The notes: generated by a model from the letters alone, not told the origin. Shown: positions 1 to 12,340, counted from the whole stretch's first letter. The stretch: DNA of 61,432 nucleotides, filler included, from Bipalium vagum (GCA_037834085.1; 3 parts of 3 records of this genome joined end to end with filler, not necessarily neighbours in it); one strand, 5' to 3'. Numbers and translations are program-made.

Positions 1-481
1 AAATCTCAATTTCTGAGTGATAAAAAACTTGATACGAATTCATGGGTGGCAAAAAATGATGACTCGACTTTTCAATACCCAAATGTAATATATATATATA
101 TTTACATATACATATATAAATGTATAATATTAATATTACAACATATTATTTTTTATCTTAAATATTATATATGTATATATAGGTAAAAATTGAAAATATA
201 ATTTTTCATTTAATTTGTCGCCTTGCTAATATTAATAAACTTTTTAACGGTTATTTGTATTTGACAAGTTCATTGGTAGTAAATAATTTTTAAAATATAA
301 ATATATCTTATTAATGTGCTTAATTAATTTATATAATTTTAATTTATTTTAACATTTTTTGTGCTTAGCTTAATTAACAATTTATCATATTTTAAATTAT
401 AAAGATATTGCACTTATCAAATCTGCACACAGATTCAAATAAAAATATTTTTGTTCCCATCATCTTTCAACAATAATAATG

Positions 482-853
482 TACAGTGAAACCTGTCAAT
501 GTTGGGCGCTACCGGGACCGAACATTCTACCCAAAATATAGAGATGCCCAAATTATAGAGGGTTCATGAAAACAAAAGTCAATATTTAATTTTCATTAAC
601 AAAATTTACAGTTGCCCAAATTAACAAGTCTTACTGTCTATTAGAGTATTTTAAACATTTAAGTTCCACAAAATTTTTTATAAGAACTTAAATAAATTAT
701 TATTTTTATTATGTATTACAATTTTAATTTATTGCTTATAGCGAATTTATCTTTGCTTATATAGAACATGCTTATACCGAAAATTTTTTATATCGAGCTT
801 GCTTATATCGAGCTTGCTTATATCGAGCTTGCTTATATCGAGCGGTTACTGTA
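482..853. mobile_element. pogo/Tigger-like non-autonomous element (MITE-like) with mismatched ends
   Basis: Begins TA|CAGTGAAACCTGTC and ends CGAGCGGTTACTG|TA. TA-flanked CAGT...ACTG termini are typical of pogo/Tc1 elements. The two ends match only over ~5 bp. Confidence 0.45.
788..843. repeat. 15-bp tandem repeat TTATATCGAGCTTGC, ~3.7 copies
   Basis: Directly visible; degenerate copies (GCTTATAGCGAA, GCTTATATAGAA, GCTTATACCGAA) extend back to ~732. Confidence 0.9.
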
Positions 854-1260
854 TTAATATTTTATTAGTTTTTTATATTATTAATTTTTCTATAAAATCG
901 CATTAAGAAATAATTATTAGTATTAGTTTCCAATATTTATTAATATTATTGATATTTTTCGATATATTTTAAAAATGGCTCATCACATCAAATCTCAGAG
1001 AATAATTTTTTTTATAAATATTCATATATATTTTCACAAAGGTTGTTCCAAATCAACTGATTTTGAAGTCCTAATTTTCAATGAAACCATTGTTGACTTC
1101 ACAAACCAGCTACAAAAAGTAAATTCTTTTGTACTGATGAACTATTTGATGGAGCTATTGAACCACATAATTTTGCAACTGTGATAATGAAGTAGATTTA
1201 GAACAAAACTGCATTTTGATTCATTTGGTTAACAAACAACAAATTATGCTTCAATAATCA

Positions 1261-1992
1261 ATGATTGATTTATCTATAATTCTGGTTTTGATATTTTTTC
1301 GAAACTTCATCATCATCCTTGGTGACATTGGAAGGATTTCAGTTCGAGAATCGTCATCTCTGATCAATTTCAAAACGATCCACGACACTTGTGGCCAGTT
1401 CATTCCCATAACGAAAAATTGTGACCGGTCCCTCAATATTGTCGATGATTATTGCTACTCAAAGATTCATTTTACCCTTAAATATTGTGAACAGTTGTTC
1501 CAGAATAAAATCGATTCCTGCAGTGACATTGAGAAGAAAATCAAGGACCAATGTATGGAAAAGGTTGGATATATCAATGAAAAATGTGGAAAATATTTTG
1601 ATCAGCTACGACTCGTTTGTCAAATGAACTCCGACTATTTATCCGTAATGTGCGATAAATTGATAAAAAAGGAGGAGAGGCTTTGTGCTCGATTTAAGAA
1701 CAGGATCTACTTGAGCTGTCGTCGCGTTTACGAACATTATATGAATTATTGTGAGTCGTCCTTGTCGGACAGTTACCATTCGGATTTCTCAATTGACGAT
1801 TTGGAGTTCTTGTTTCGTCAGTTGGAAGAAAAATTTACATGGGTTAATACTGAATTTGATATCAATAGTTTTTCAATCAAAGCAAAACCAAACAATCAAA
1901 CTCTTGTGGAAAAGTTACAATTATTTCGAGGAGATTCAGTGGAAAAGAAGGATAAAGAAAAGGAAATTATGTGGATCGATATTTTATTATAA
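1261..1992 (+). CDS. 243-aa protein with 11-residue-periodic cysteines (C-x10 repeat), probably extracellular and helical; weak resemblance to the Cys-rich loop of DC-STAMP-domain (DCST1/2, Sneaky, SPE-42) proteins
   Basis: Longest real ORF, GC well above the flanks. Cys at residues 44,54,65,76,87,98,109,120,131,142,153,164. Hydrophobic N-terminus; AATAAA at 2096-2101. The true 5' end is uncertain. Confidence 0.75.
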   Translation: MIDLSIILVLIFFRNFIIILGDIGRISVRESSSLINFKTIHDTCGQFIPITKNCDRSLNIVDDYCYSKIHFTLKYCEQLFQNKIDSCSDIEKKIKDQCMEKVGYINEKCGKYFDQLRLVCQMNSDYLSVMCDKLIKKEERLCARFKNRIYLSCRRVYEHYMNYCESSLSDSYHSDFSIDDLEFLFRQLEEKFTWVNTEFDINSFSIKAKPNNQTLVEKLQLFRGDSVEKKDKEKEIMWIDILL

Positions 1993-2102
1993 TTTTTCTT
2001 AATCATTTATTTTTTTGTATAATCAAACTTTTATTTATTATTCTCTCATTTATTTGTAAATGAAAATAGTAGAGTTTTCTTTTAATATTTGACTTAATAA
2101 AT

Positions 2103-2151
<49 letters not shown>

Positions 2152-2163
2152 TATTATTATTAT
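2103..2163. repeat. (ATT)n microsatellite
   Basis: Directly visible. Confidence 0.95.
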
Positions 2164-2829
2164 ATTAATGTAATAAATATATCCTTTTAATTTTAAGTTA
2201 AGTGTTTTTTGTATATAAACACTTATTTATTTAAGTATGAAAAAATTAAAAGAAATAAATTAATTTAATTTAAAATATTTCGAAGTTTCGTAAAATTTGA
2301 GAATTTCGTTCAGGTGTTTCAAAAATGTGCTTTTGTTCCAAGAATTGTTCTGATAATTTATAATTAACGAAAATTTAACAAATAATAAGAAAAAGATAAT
2401 TAAAATATAAATTAATATTCATTAATTTGTAGAATTTATTTCTTGTATAATATATATATATATAATATTATAATAAAAGTCAAAGTGTAAGAGTGGACGA
2501 ATTTAACAAAACAAAAGCAAAATTAGAAAAAGAAAAAAAAATAGAAAAGAGCAGTACAAAAGAGCTGTCAGCCGTTTAATGAGTGAATTAATATTTTTCA
2601 ATATCTTTTATTTTATTTTTGAAAAAAAACATGTGTATTCCTGAAACTGAAAAATAAAACAAACTAAAAATTTAATATTAATAAATGTTTCAGTAAAACT
2701 AAAAAATTAAGCCTAGTGCCAAACCAAATGTAATATATACGTGGTAGGGCTAAGATGTACTTAGACTTTACCAGAAATAATGAAGATAACTGAACCAATT
2801 TTTTATTAATAATATATGTACGCATGTAT

Positions 2830-3290
2830 GGGTTTCATTTCTAGACATAACAGACGTTTACATCGAAGCACTTTTTCCACTGGTAGACATTCCATTAAAG
2901 CTCATTTCAAAGAAATTTTGATCCTTCTCCAAGAGGAATTTCATCATAGTATCCTTCATATCATCCTTTGAAACAAATGTTTGTCCTCGCATGTCTCTTT
3001 AGATGATTGGACAACCAGAAATCACTTGATTCCAGATCTGGACTGTAAGGGGAATGGTCCAGCTGCACAAATCCAGCTTTTGCTAATGTTTCTTGGAATT
3101 TCTTGGAAGTTTGATTAGAAGCGTTATCATGGAGCAAAAAAATCCTGATTCCGAGGCTTGCGTCGGATAGTTCAGGTTTTAAATAAGAAATTACTGTAGT
3201 AATCGGAATTTATGATTTCTTCATAAAATCTAACTTCAAGATGCTTTTTCAATCCCAAAAGACTGTTAACATGGCACATTTACAATGCAA
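2830..3290 (-). mobile_element. decayed mariner transposase fragment
   Basis: Minus-strand motifs MLTVFWD, LLHDNA and LDHSPYSPDLESSDF. Confidence 0.8.
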
Positions 3291-5199
3291 AATTAAGTAA
3301 TGTTTACAAAAGGTAATGACATAGGTAGTTAGGGGAAGAGAGGAAAATAAAAATTTTTTGGTAGAAGGTTTCAATACAAAACTGTTTTGTCTACCTTTTT
3401 AAAGGTAACGAAAGAAAATACAAAAGTATTATGGTAAAATATATTTGTTTTAATTTTCTTCATTTCAATTCTGGCAGCAATCAAATTATTGGGTTTCAAA
3501 GTGTTATAAAAGTTTAATAAATATTTATCTTGATATATTTAAAATTATAAAAATTTTCAACAATAATTTAACCATAAGAACATATGGAAAAAAAATTTTC
3601 GAATTTTTTGTAAATTTTGTTTTAATAAAATTAGAAAATACATTTTCTTGAGTGTTTTGTGAAAAATTGGGCTCAATTCTGAATTCTCTGAATTATATAA
3701 TTATAATAGTAATAATGTACCAGGTGTGATAATATCATTAAGTACTAATTATTTCTCTTATAACTACATAATATAATTATTTCAGATCTAAAATGTGATC
3801 ATACATTGATCTTAGAAGAGAGCCAAAAATAATTGGAACTAAAAATGCTAATTACTTAAAATCTCTTATTTTATTTTTTCTTCTAATACATACGTCATAT
3901 AATTTAATCTTTCAAAATTAAAAAAAATGTAATAATTATCGAATTACAGGAGTTTTTTTCCTTAAAATTGAANNNNNNNNNNNNNNNNNNNNNNNNNNNN
4001 NNNNNNNNNNNNNNNNNNNNNNNNNNNNNNNNNNNNNNNNNNNNNNNNNNNNNNNNNNNNNNNNNNNNNNNNNNNNNNNNNNNNNNNNNNNNNNNNNNNN
4101 NNNNNNNNNNNNNNNNNNNNNNNNNNNNNNNNNNNNNNNNNNNNNNNNNNNNNNNNNNNNNNNNNNNNNNNNNNNNNNNNNNNNNNNNNNNNNNNNNNNN
4201 NNNNNNNNNNNNNNNNNNNNNNNNNNNNNNNNNNNNNNNNNNNTTTTTCGTTTAAAAGAATATTTTTTTGATTTTTTGAATTTTACAATTTCATCTAATA
4301 TTTAAGTTTTATTATTTTTATTTAATATTATTTTTCTATTAAATAATACGTTTAATTTTTACTATTATTTGAACTTAATATTGCTCATAATTAAAGTGTA
4401 TAAAAATTTTATAAAATAATTTATTTGCAAGTACCAAATAAAATTGAAACAATTTCCCAAATGAAAAATATTTTAAATACTGAAATTAATTTAAAAATAA
4501 AGTCCAATAATCTAAAATCAAAACTTGAAATTATTTAAAATTTCCTATCGCAAATTCAATGAATCCATAATTTAATCGATTAAATAAAACCTAATTTTGG
4601 AATATTGTATTTTTATTATTGAATAAACATATGGGAATGGTTAATAGAAGAATTTTTCAATTTTATTTTCCTTTAATTATATATTAATGGGTTATCATAT
4701 TTCTAACTGAAATCCCTAAACCAGATACAATTCTGAAAAGATCAGAATTAATTTCTTCACCAGTATAAATTTTCCGCACATTGTTTATTTCGTTAGTTTA
4801 TAATTTTCATTTAATTAAAACAAATACAATTTTCGAATATTTTATTTTATTTTAAAATCCGATAGTAACGAATATGAACGAAAATATTTACTGCACAAAT
4901 TGTTTTATTAAATTAAATAATATAAAATAGAATTATAAAATATCTGTTCCAGAAATACTTTGAACCCGTTTATCAAAAATGATGCACAGATCATAGATTA
5001 ATGAAATTAATATATTATAGAAAGCTTATTTATTATTATTATTTATTATTTTATATTATTAAACGAGCGTAATTATTTTTCCTATGTTTTTATAAAATTT
5101 AAGCAATGTATTATTTTTAAAAATCAGTTTATGTAACTGAAGTTCTAGGAGTCGTTGTTGAAGTGCTGACAGTTTATGTTTTGTCTTAAAAGAAACAGC

Positions 5200-5650
5200 T
5201 TTTACCGGGTGAGCTGTTTTGATGAAATCTAATATGTAGTTACATATTACATCTTAAACGGATGGCGTAAATCGGAGAACCAGATGAATGGAATAAAACA
5301 GAAGTCAAGCAATCGAAGATATAAGATATTTACCATAAGACATATAACAGTATCTTTTCTGTATCATTATTATCGATATTAATACATGACAATGCCCCGT
5401 TTTATGTTGCTGAAATCGTTAAAGACAAATTAAAAAAGTTAAATTGGAAAGTATTACCTTTCCTGCCGTACTCACCAGATATTGCTTCCTTGGATTAACA
5501 CTTTTTTCCATTTGAGCAGAGACTCAAGAATTATTAAGATGTTTAAAAATTAGCTAGAGGGTTGGATTTTGTTGAAACATCAATGACGGAGTTCACAACT
5601 TGCCTAAAGTTTTGATTGATCTGATGAAGAATGAAAATTATTTGTAAAAA
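5200..5650 (+). mobile_element. decayed mariner transposase fragment
   Basis: LIHDNAP (~5379) and PYSPDIAS (~5466), with stops and frameshifts. Confidence 0.75.
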
Positions 5651-5959
5651 GAATTTCATTTGCTTTTCTCATTTGTCATTGATTTTATAAACTCTAAAAA
5701 GCGGTTTTATAATTGTACATTTAATAATTCCCCAGAAATTAAAGAGACATTTTCGACAAGGAGGCAAATCAATGATATATTCACCATACATGGTGTGGCA
5801 ATAAAGTTTCAAGAATATTATTATAACGTGGATTATACAGTTGTAAAATGAATTTTGTTTATGTTGGCTGCACATTCAGTTCATTGAAATTTCTGAATAT
5901 TTTATTTCAAGTAACTATTTGCTTATCTGAAATAATTAGCTTAATTAATCTACTAACAT

Positions 5960-6885
5960 TTTAAGTTTTGGACAATTTCAAAATGAACCAGACCTGTGAA
6001 ATGTTGAAAATCTTCTTTAGGAACAATACAATGTCCAAATCTAGAGTCTCTGAATGGCATTCTCGCTTTTGTGAAGGCCGTGATGATACTTTCGATAATG
6101 ACAGAAGTGAGCGTCTATTTACTTGCAGAAATAATGAATTAAAGAAATTATTGAAGCCGATTGACGTATTACATTTAGAATTATTGAAGATGAAATTGGA
6201 ATCAATATATTGTTGATTGAGGATTTAGGTTAGAAAAAGATATGTTCACGGTTTGCTCTTCACAGCTTGACTCCTGAACAATTGCAATGCAGAGTTGATT
6301 GATGAAGAAATTTCCTTTTCATATGTGATTCTGGCCAAACTTTTATCAAACCAATTGTCACTGGTGATGGGTCATGATGTTTTCAATATGATCCTGAAAC
6401 CAAACAACAGAGCATGCAATGATGTTCAAACAGATTTCCAAAACAAAAAAAGTTATGGCTAAAAAAATCAAAGATTAAAACCCTCTTAGTCACGTTTTGT
6501 GATTCTGGAGTCATTTACAAGGAATTTTTACCTTCTGATAAAACAGTCAATGCTTTTTATTACAAAGAAATGATGTCTCGGCTTTTGAAAATAATTCGTA
6601 GAATAGAATTTTAGTACAGTACTAAAGGAAGTTAGAGTTTACTGCATGATAGCACACCTGCTCATTACTCAATAATCGTTTTCTGGTTAAAAAAGAGTTA
6701 TGGTTATCAACCACCTACCATATTCACCGGATTTAGCTCCAGCAGATTTCATGCAATTCCCAAATCTGAAAGCCTTACCTAAAGGAAGAAAGTTTCAAGA
6801 TATTGAGGATGTTCAGAAGACTGAATCAATGATTGACCGTGTTAATACTTTGTCTAACATTTCTGGGGATATAACAAGTTATTAG
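5960..6885 (+). mobile_element. near full-length decayed mariner (DD34D) transposase pseudogene
   Basis: HTH region SKSRVSEWHSRF, IVTGDGS*CFQYDPETKQQS, LLHDSTPAH, HLPYSPDLAPADF. Confidence 0.85.
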
Positions 6886-7587
6886 GTTGTGTTTATTTCA
6901 CAAAATGTGAAAATGTGGATGTATCTCATTTCCTCTTGTAAAATATTTTTTCCTTATCAAAAAGTAAAATCGCCCTAATATGATTTAACGTCTCTTTATT
7001 TTCAAAAGAATTTATTTATTAAATAAATTTAAGACAATATTTCTAACAAGTTATAACGAGGATTTATTCATAAGAACTTACCCTTGTAAATTAATATATA
7101 ATTTCATTTAAATAATTTAATAAATAAATAAATTATTAATTTAATAAGTGCATAAAAAATCTTTATTAAGAACACCGCGAATTTATGTAAGAATTTTTAA
7201 AAATATTAAAATGTACGAATAAATCCCTAAATTGAGTTAAATTGATATTTAATGTCTAACCAGGAGTTCCGAAATATTGACCAAAAATTATTTCCAAAAT
7301 TTTAATGAAAAAATAATTCGGGGACCTTAGCTAATCACTTTTTATTTATATTATATTTTTAATTTAATGTTGTCAATTACATGGTTATACGTATTTGTTT
7401 CAGGTAACAGTCACAGTAAAACCATTAAAAGTAGAGTGCATAGATTAGTTTTAGAGAAAATGAAAATATATTTTCGTCGTAGACGAATCATAAAAATAAT
7501 AAAATAATAAAAAATCAAAGTCTTTTATTCAAGTTTTATTTTTACATAATATTTTAAGCAGACTTTTCAATTTTCTGTTTGTTTATA

Positions 7588-7861
7588 TCAGCCCAATCGG
7601 AAATATTTAGCCTTTTTTTCCATGGGAGACAAATAGTCTTTCTTTCCTAATCGAAAGTATCTGGCCCTCTTTCCCAGTCTGAAATATCTAGCACGCTTTA
7701 CCGCATCGATTTCTGCATCGGAAATGTCCTGACACTCTTCAAGGCAGGATGGAGATTTGTGGCAAAGACTTGCACAAATATTATCCTTCAATTCATAATC
7801 CATTGTCTTAACAGATGGTGTATGGATTATCATCATTATTGTTAAGGAGGACAGCAGGTAG
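7588..7861 (-). CDS. npp-22: neuropeptide prohormone, main coding exon: 2x ARYFRLamide + 1x AKYFRLamide
   Basis: KR-ARYFRL-GKR-ARYFRL-GKK-DYLSPME-KK-AKYFRL-G-stop: dibasic cleavage sites plus amidation glycines. Acceptor ttttatttattcag at 7862-7875 extends the frame to YLLSSLTIMMIIHTPSVKT. Minus-strand AATAAA at 7535-7540 and 7524-7529. Symbol is from recollection that planarian npp-22 encodes AKYFRLamide; orthology is unverified. Confidence 0.9.
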
Positions 7862-8456
7862 CTGAATAAATAAAATCATTGTGAATAAATATAAGAAAAA
7901 TATCCATTATTAAGGAAAGAATTTAATTTTTTGCTTAACTTTTCTGAAAAATGAGAGGAATTACAAAACTGTTTTTTTAAACGCATAAAAAATATAATTA
8001 ACGCGACCGGTTAATTCTTTAATAAATAATTTTTAAGAACCTCAGAAAGAATTGAATGATTGTAATTAGAAGAATTCCTGTCTCCGAGTATCATATGGAA
8101 AGTATTCAGAGAAAATTTCTAAATAATCAGATTAAAGAAAATTGCATCTGCATGATTAAAATTTACTGTACTCTTCTTTTATAATATAGACTAATAATAA
8201 ATTCTGGAGACGCCTGACTTCATTTCATTAAAACATTGAAATGAATATTCTCCATCTACGAATTCTTTTACAAAGAAACAGTTTCAAAAGATCTCTAAAG
8301 AAATTATCTGAAGCTCTTTATTTCATAAAACCATTTTCTTTAAAATAATACTTTATTTACTGAAATTATTTTTGTAGTTCCACTTTGTATATTGCAATCC
8401 TTTTCAAGTTTACTTTACCACTTTATATTTTAATTATAAAGAAAAAAAGATATATA

Positions 8457-8688
8457 TATTGGGTTGTTCGGAAAGTCATTTCGCTTTTTTATAGCTATCT
8501 TTAAATCTTAATTTAAAGCACTTAAGTCATTTTAAAGTTTGGGATATTCAAATTGCCTGGTAAATGGCAGAAGGCTTGGAACAAAAAGGACAATACATCA
8601 TTGATTAAAATATTTATTACTAATACAACGTTTGGTCTTACTTTTTACTTTTTTTTAAAAATGCGAAGTGACGTTCCGATAGGTAGTA
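8457..8688 (+). mobile_element. internally deleted mariner (MITE-like) in the putative neuropeptide intron
   Basis: Left TIR TATTGGGTTGTTCGGAAAGTCATTTCG; imperfect right TIR CGAAGTGACGTTCCGA; retains the transposase C-terminus LPGKWQK...EQKGQYIID*. Confidence 0.7.
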
Positions 8689-10786
8689 TTATTGCATCTG
8701 TATTTATGTAAATACAATCACCATCCTTTTAATCTTTCGTTTAATTGTTATTTAAGTAATGCTTTCTCTCAATAAATAAGTATTTTAAGTGTTGGGTTGT
8801 TCAATAAGTCAGTGCGTCATTTTTAGTAGTTTTAGTTTTTTTTAGTGTAGATAAAATTAATTTTTTAAGTAATTGACATTGATCATATTTTGTCATTTAT
8901 AGTAATTATTTGAAGTCATTGATGATTTTATTTTAGACCTAATTCATGAAGAGTACAATTTGTGTAGAAAATCGAAATTCAATTTCAAATATAGTGTGTT
9001 TCAAAAGTAAAAAAGAGAATTTAAACAATATAATCTTAAAACTGTTAAAACCAATTGATCTAGAATATCCAAGAAAGTGGCTCAAAATCATGGAAAATCA
9101 CTGTTTAACAATTGGACAAAGAAACTCAGCAAGATTTATAATAAAGGTGTTTATCATATATAGTTCGTATATCAACTTGTACATCGTTTCTTCGTTTTTC
9201 ACATAAAATAAAAATATTTGAAATATTATTTATGGTTTTAAAATTATTGTTGTTCAAAGTTCGCGCTTCTACTTTTAAAACACTATAAATTGAGAGATTG
9301 ATATACTGTTACACCGTTGTCTAAGATGTTTGAAGTGTCGGGAAAGACAATTTATTTCATTAAGAAAGGCAATATTAGTGGTAAAAACAATTTTGCTTAC
9401 AGATAAATTTGAAGAGGACTATATTATATAATTAGTATTATACTACATTTTTTATTTTTGAATGACAACGGTATTATTTATATTACTGAATGGCAATGAT
9501 TTGTCAATAATTTTATTAATGAAAATATTAATTAACTTATAGTTATAGGGTAAAATAAATTAAAATCACGATGGAATATATAATACATTTATATTTAATA
9601 TTTAATTATAATTATAATAAAATAAAAATTAGATAAATTACTTTTTAATTTTTGTATTTTATTTTAAGGTAAATAAATTATTTAAAAGTTTATTATATTT
9701 CTAAAAATAAGTGTAAAAATATTCCACTGGGAAAAGTTACAACTTTGAGTTTGATTAATTAATTATTCTAATTAAATTAGAATTAGATTAAGTAGTTAAC
9801 TAAAAAGATTACATGGATTTTATAATTTCTGATTTTTATAAATAAAAATATAAAAATATTAAATTAATATATATAAATATTAAGATGAAACTGATGGATA
9901 AGCAAAAACGTTTTAGTTTTAAACTTTAAATAAATATTTTTAGATTTCATTGGTTAAATATTGAATTAATTTTTTATTAATTATTTTCACTAATTTTCAA
10001 TATACCACTCAACATCTCTCGATTGATTTCTTTAGAAAATAATATTTCAGAATATTATTAATGAGTTCTGAAAATATTTTATTTTAAAGATAAATAAAAT
10101 TTAATAATAAAATATATAATACATTTTTTTTCTCAATTTTTAAAGTTTTGCTTAGAACATTTTAATTAAAACGGAAATTTATTCACTCTTAATTTTTTAT
10201 TTTAAATATAATTTTATTTTTCGCTCTATACAAATGACCATAAGGCAAAATTATTATTTTTAATCTTTTTATTTATCTACATTATTTGTTTATCATTTTT
10301 AAAAGGCCTTTTTTGAATATTGAGTCTAATAATAATTTTTTAAAAATAAATTTTTAGAACTTTGTTTACAAAAAAAACATTATAAAGCTTAAAATTTTTA
10401 AAAAAAATTAAATTAATATTTCGTTAATATTTTTCACTAATAAAATGGAAAAAAATGTTAATTAAAATTATTATTATTTTTTCTGCAAAATATTTTCATT
10501 TGTTATTTATTAATTTCTCTTTTCTTTTCCTAAAAATTATCATAATTTAATATTTTTAAATCAGCTCATTATCATTATTTTAAAAATTATAATTAATATT
10601 ATTAATGCCAAATTTAATTCTCAAATTAATTAAATCAGCTCGTAAATAATAAAAGTAAATTAAAACCCTGTACTACAAAAAACATTTTATAATTATCTAA
10701 AGTAATCCACTGCTATGAGCTGAAGAAGAATGTGAAGCAAGAATTTGACTTTTGTATTATATTTAGAACTGATAAATTGATCTCAC

Positions 10787-10794
10787 CTTTTCAT
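10787..10794 (-). CDS. candidate start-codon exon segment (ATG AAA AG|gtgaga) of the neuropeptide gene
   Basis: Phase-2 donor matches the phase-2 acceptor at 7861 and gives MKSYLLSSLTIMMIIHTPSVKT, a plausible signal peptide. Confidence 0.45.
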
Positions 10795-11235
10795 TTATGA
10801 AATTATAAAAACTATGATACTAATGGATAATCATCCTTAGTAAAAAACTTTCATTAAAATTAATTAATTAATTTAGCATCATTTTATTATTTCCATAACC
10901 ACTTAAATGATTGGAATTGGAAATTTGTTTTAATCATTCTTCACTCGAAGAAATTACTTTTCACATTTCAAGTCGTTAAAAAAGATATTTTATTTTCAGG
11001 TATTATTCTCGACAATGTTTAAATAGACTTTTAATTGTACAATCTATATTTCTCTCTGAACAAATATTTTATCTTTTTTTTATGTCCATCAGGCATTAAT
11101 AAAATGGCTCACAAGGTTCATTAAGTTTTTTGTTCTTAATAACTTTATGTCATTATGTCTAGGTCGCTAATAAATTTAAGCAAAATTTCTGGAAAATTTG
11201 AATAAATAGAAAATTTAAATTAATTTTAAAATTTT

Positions 11236-12340
11236 AAATGAAGGGAATATTTTAAATAATAACCAATTAATAAATTAATTAAAATTAAATGATATAATTT
11301 TATTTCAATTTCCTGGTTATTAAGTCAAACAAAAATGTATATTGAAATCAAGATATTTTGTAAAAAAAATGTAATTATTATTAATTATTTTATTTATTTA
11401 TCATTTTTGTAATTTAAACAATTTATCAGAAATTAAATATAAAATAATAATAATAATAATAATAAATAATAATAAAATTTTAAAAATTGACATAAAAAAG
11501 AAATTTCTTGTAAAATAATTACCTAAATATAAATGTTTAGTTATTAAAAAAAGGTTTGGAATAAATGAAAAATAAAAATTAATCATTTAAAATGATGATG
11601 ATGAAGTTTTTGTATTTTTTGTAATTTTCGAATTTTATTTTACTTAAAAGGATTAAAGGTAAGATATATAAATTAAATATTAAATGAATGGAATATTTTA
11701 ATCAATAACCAATTATTAAATTAATTAAATTAAATGATATATTTTTATTTCAATTTCTTGGTTCCTAAGTGTAAAAAAATGTATATTAAAATCAAGATAT
11801 ATTGTAAAAAATATTTTATTATTATTATTTAATTTATTACCATATAATATAATTTATTTATCAGAATAATTTAATTTTAATATTTAATATATTAACACAA
11901 TAAAAGTTTTTCATATAATATCTTAAAATCATTTTATTTTTACTAAAATATTTTTATAAATATATTTTTCAATTTAAAATGTAATTTAATTTTTAATTGT
12001 TTAAAATGGAATATTGAAATAAATAAATTATTTTAGTATTGATTTTTCCATTCAATAATAATTAAAACGCAAATTCTGTCTCACTGATTTAACAAAAATA
12101 ACTGTAATTTAAAAAATTTAACAGAAATTAAATATTAAAAAATAATAAAAGATAATAATAATTAATTTTAAAAATTGACTTAAATACAATTAAAGCAAAG
12201 TAACTTGAACTTAATTTTAATGTTTATTTATTAAAAGAAAAAAAGATTTGGAATAAATGAAACAAAAAATTAACCATTTAAAATGATTATGACGAAGTCT
12301 TTGTAACTCTTTTCAATTTTCGAATTTTATTTTACTTACA
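11236..12340. repeat. diverged local tandem duplication (~410 bp unit; second copy carries extra sequence)
   Basis: 11236-11646 and 11682-12340 share collinear blocks, e.g. AATAACCAATTA.TAAATTAATTAAA, AAATCAAGATAT.TTGTAAAAAA, TTTGGAATAAATGAAA and TTTTCGAATTTTATTTTACTTA. Confidence 0.85.

Noticed and set aside
788-843. CRISPR-like array
   Set aside because: Head-to-tail repeats without spacers, eukaryotic context, no cas genes
1251-2002. Overlapping ORFs 1251-1436(-), 1421-1627(+) and 1751-2002(+)
   Set aside because: Shadow frames of the 1261-1992 CDS
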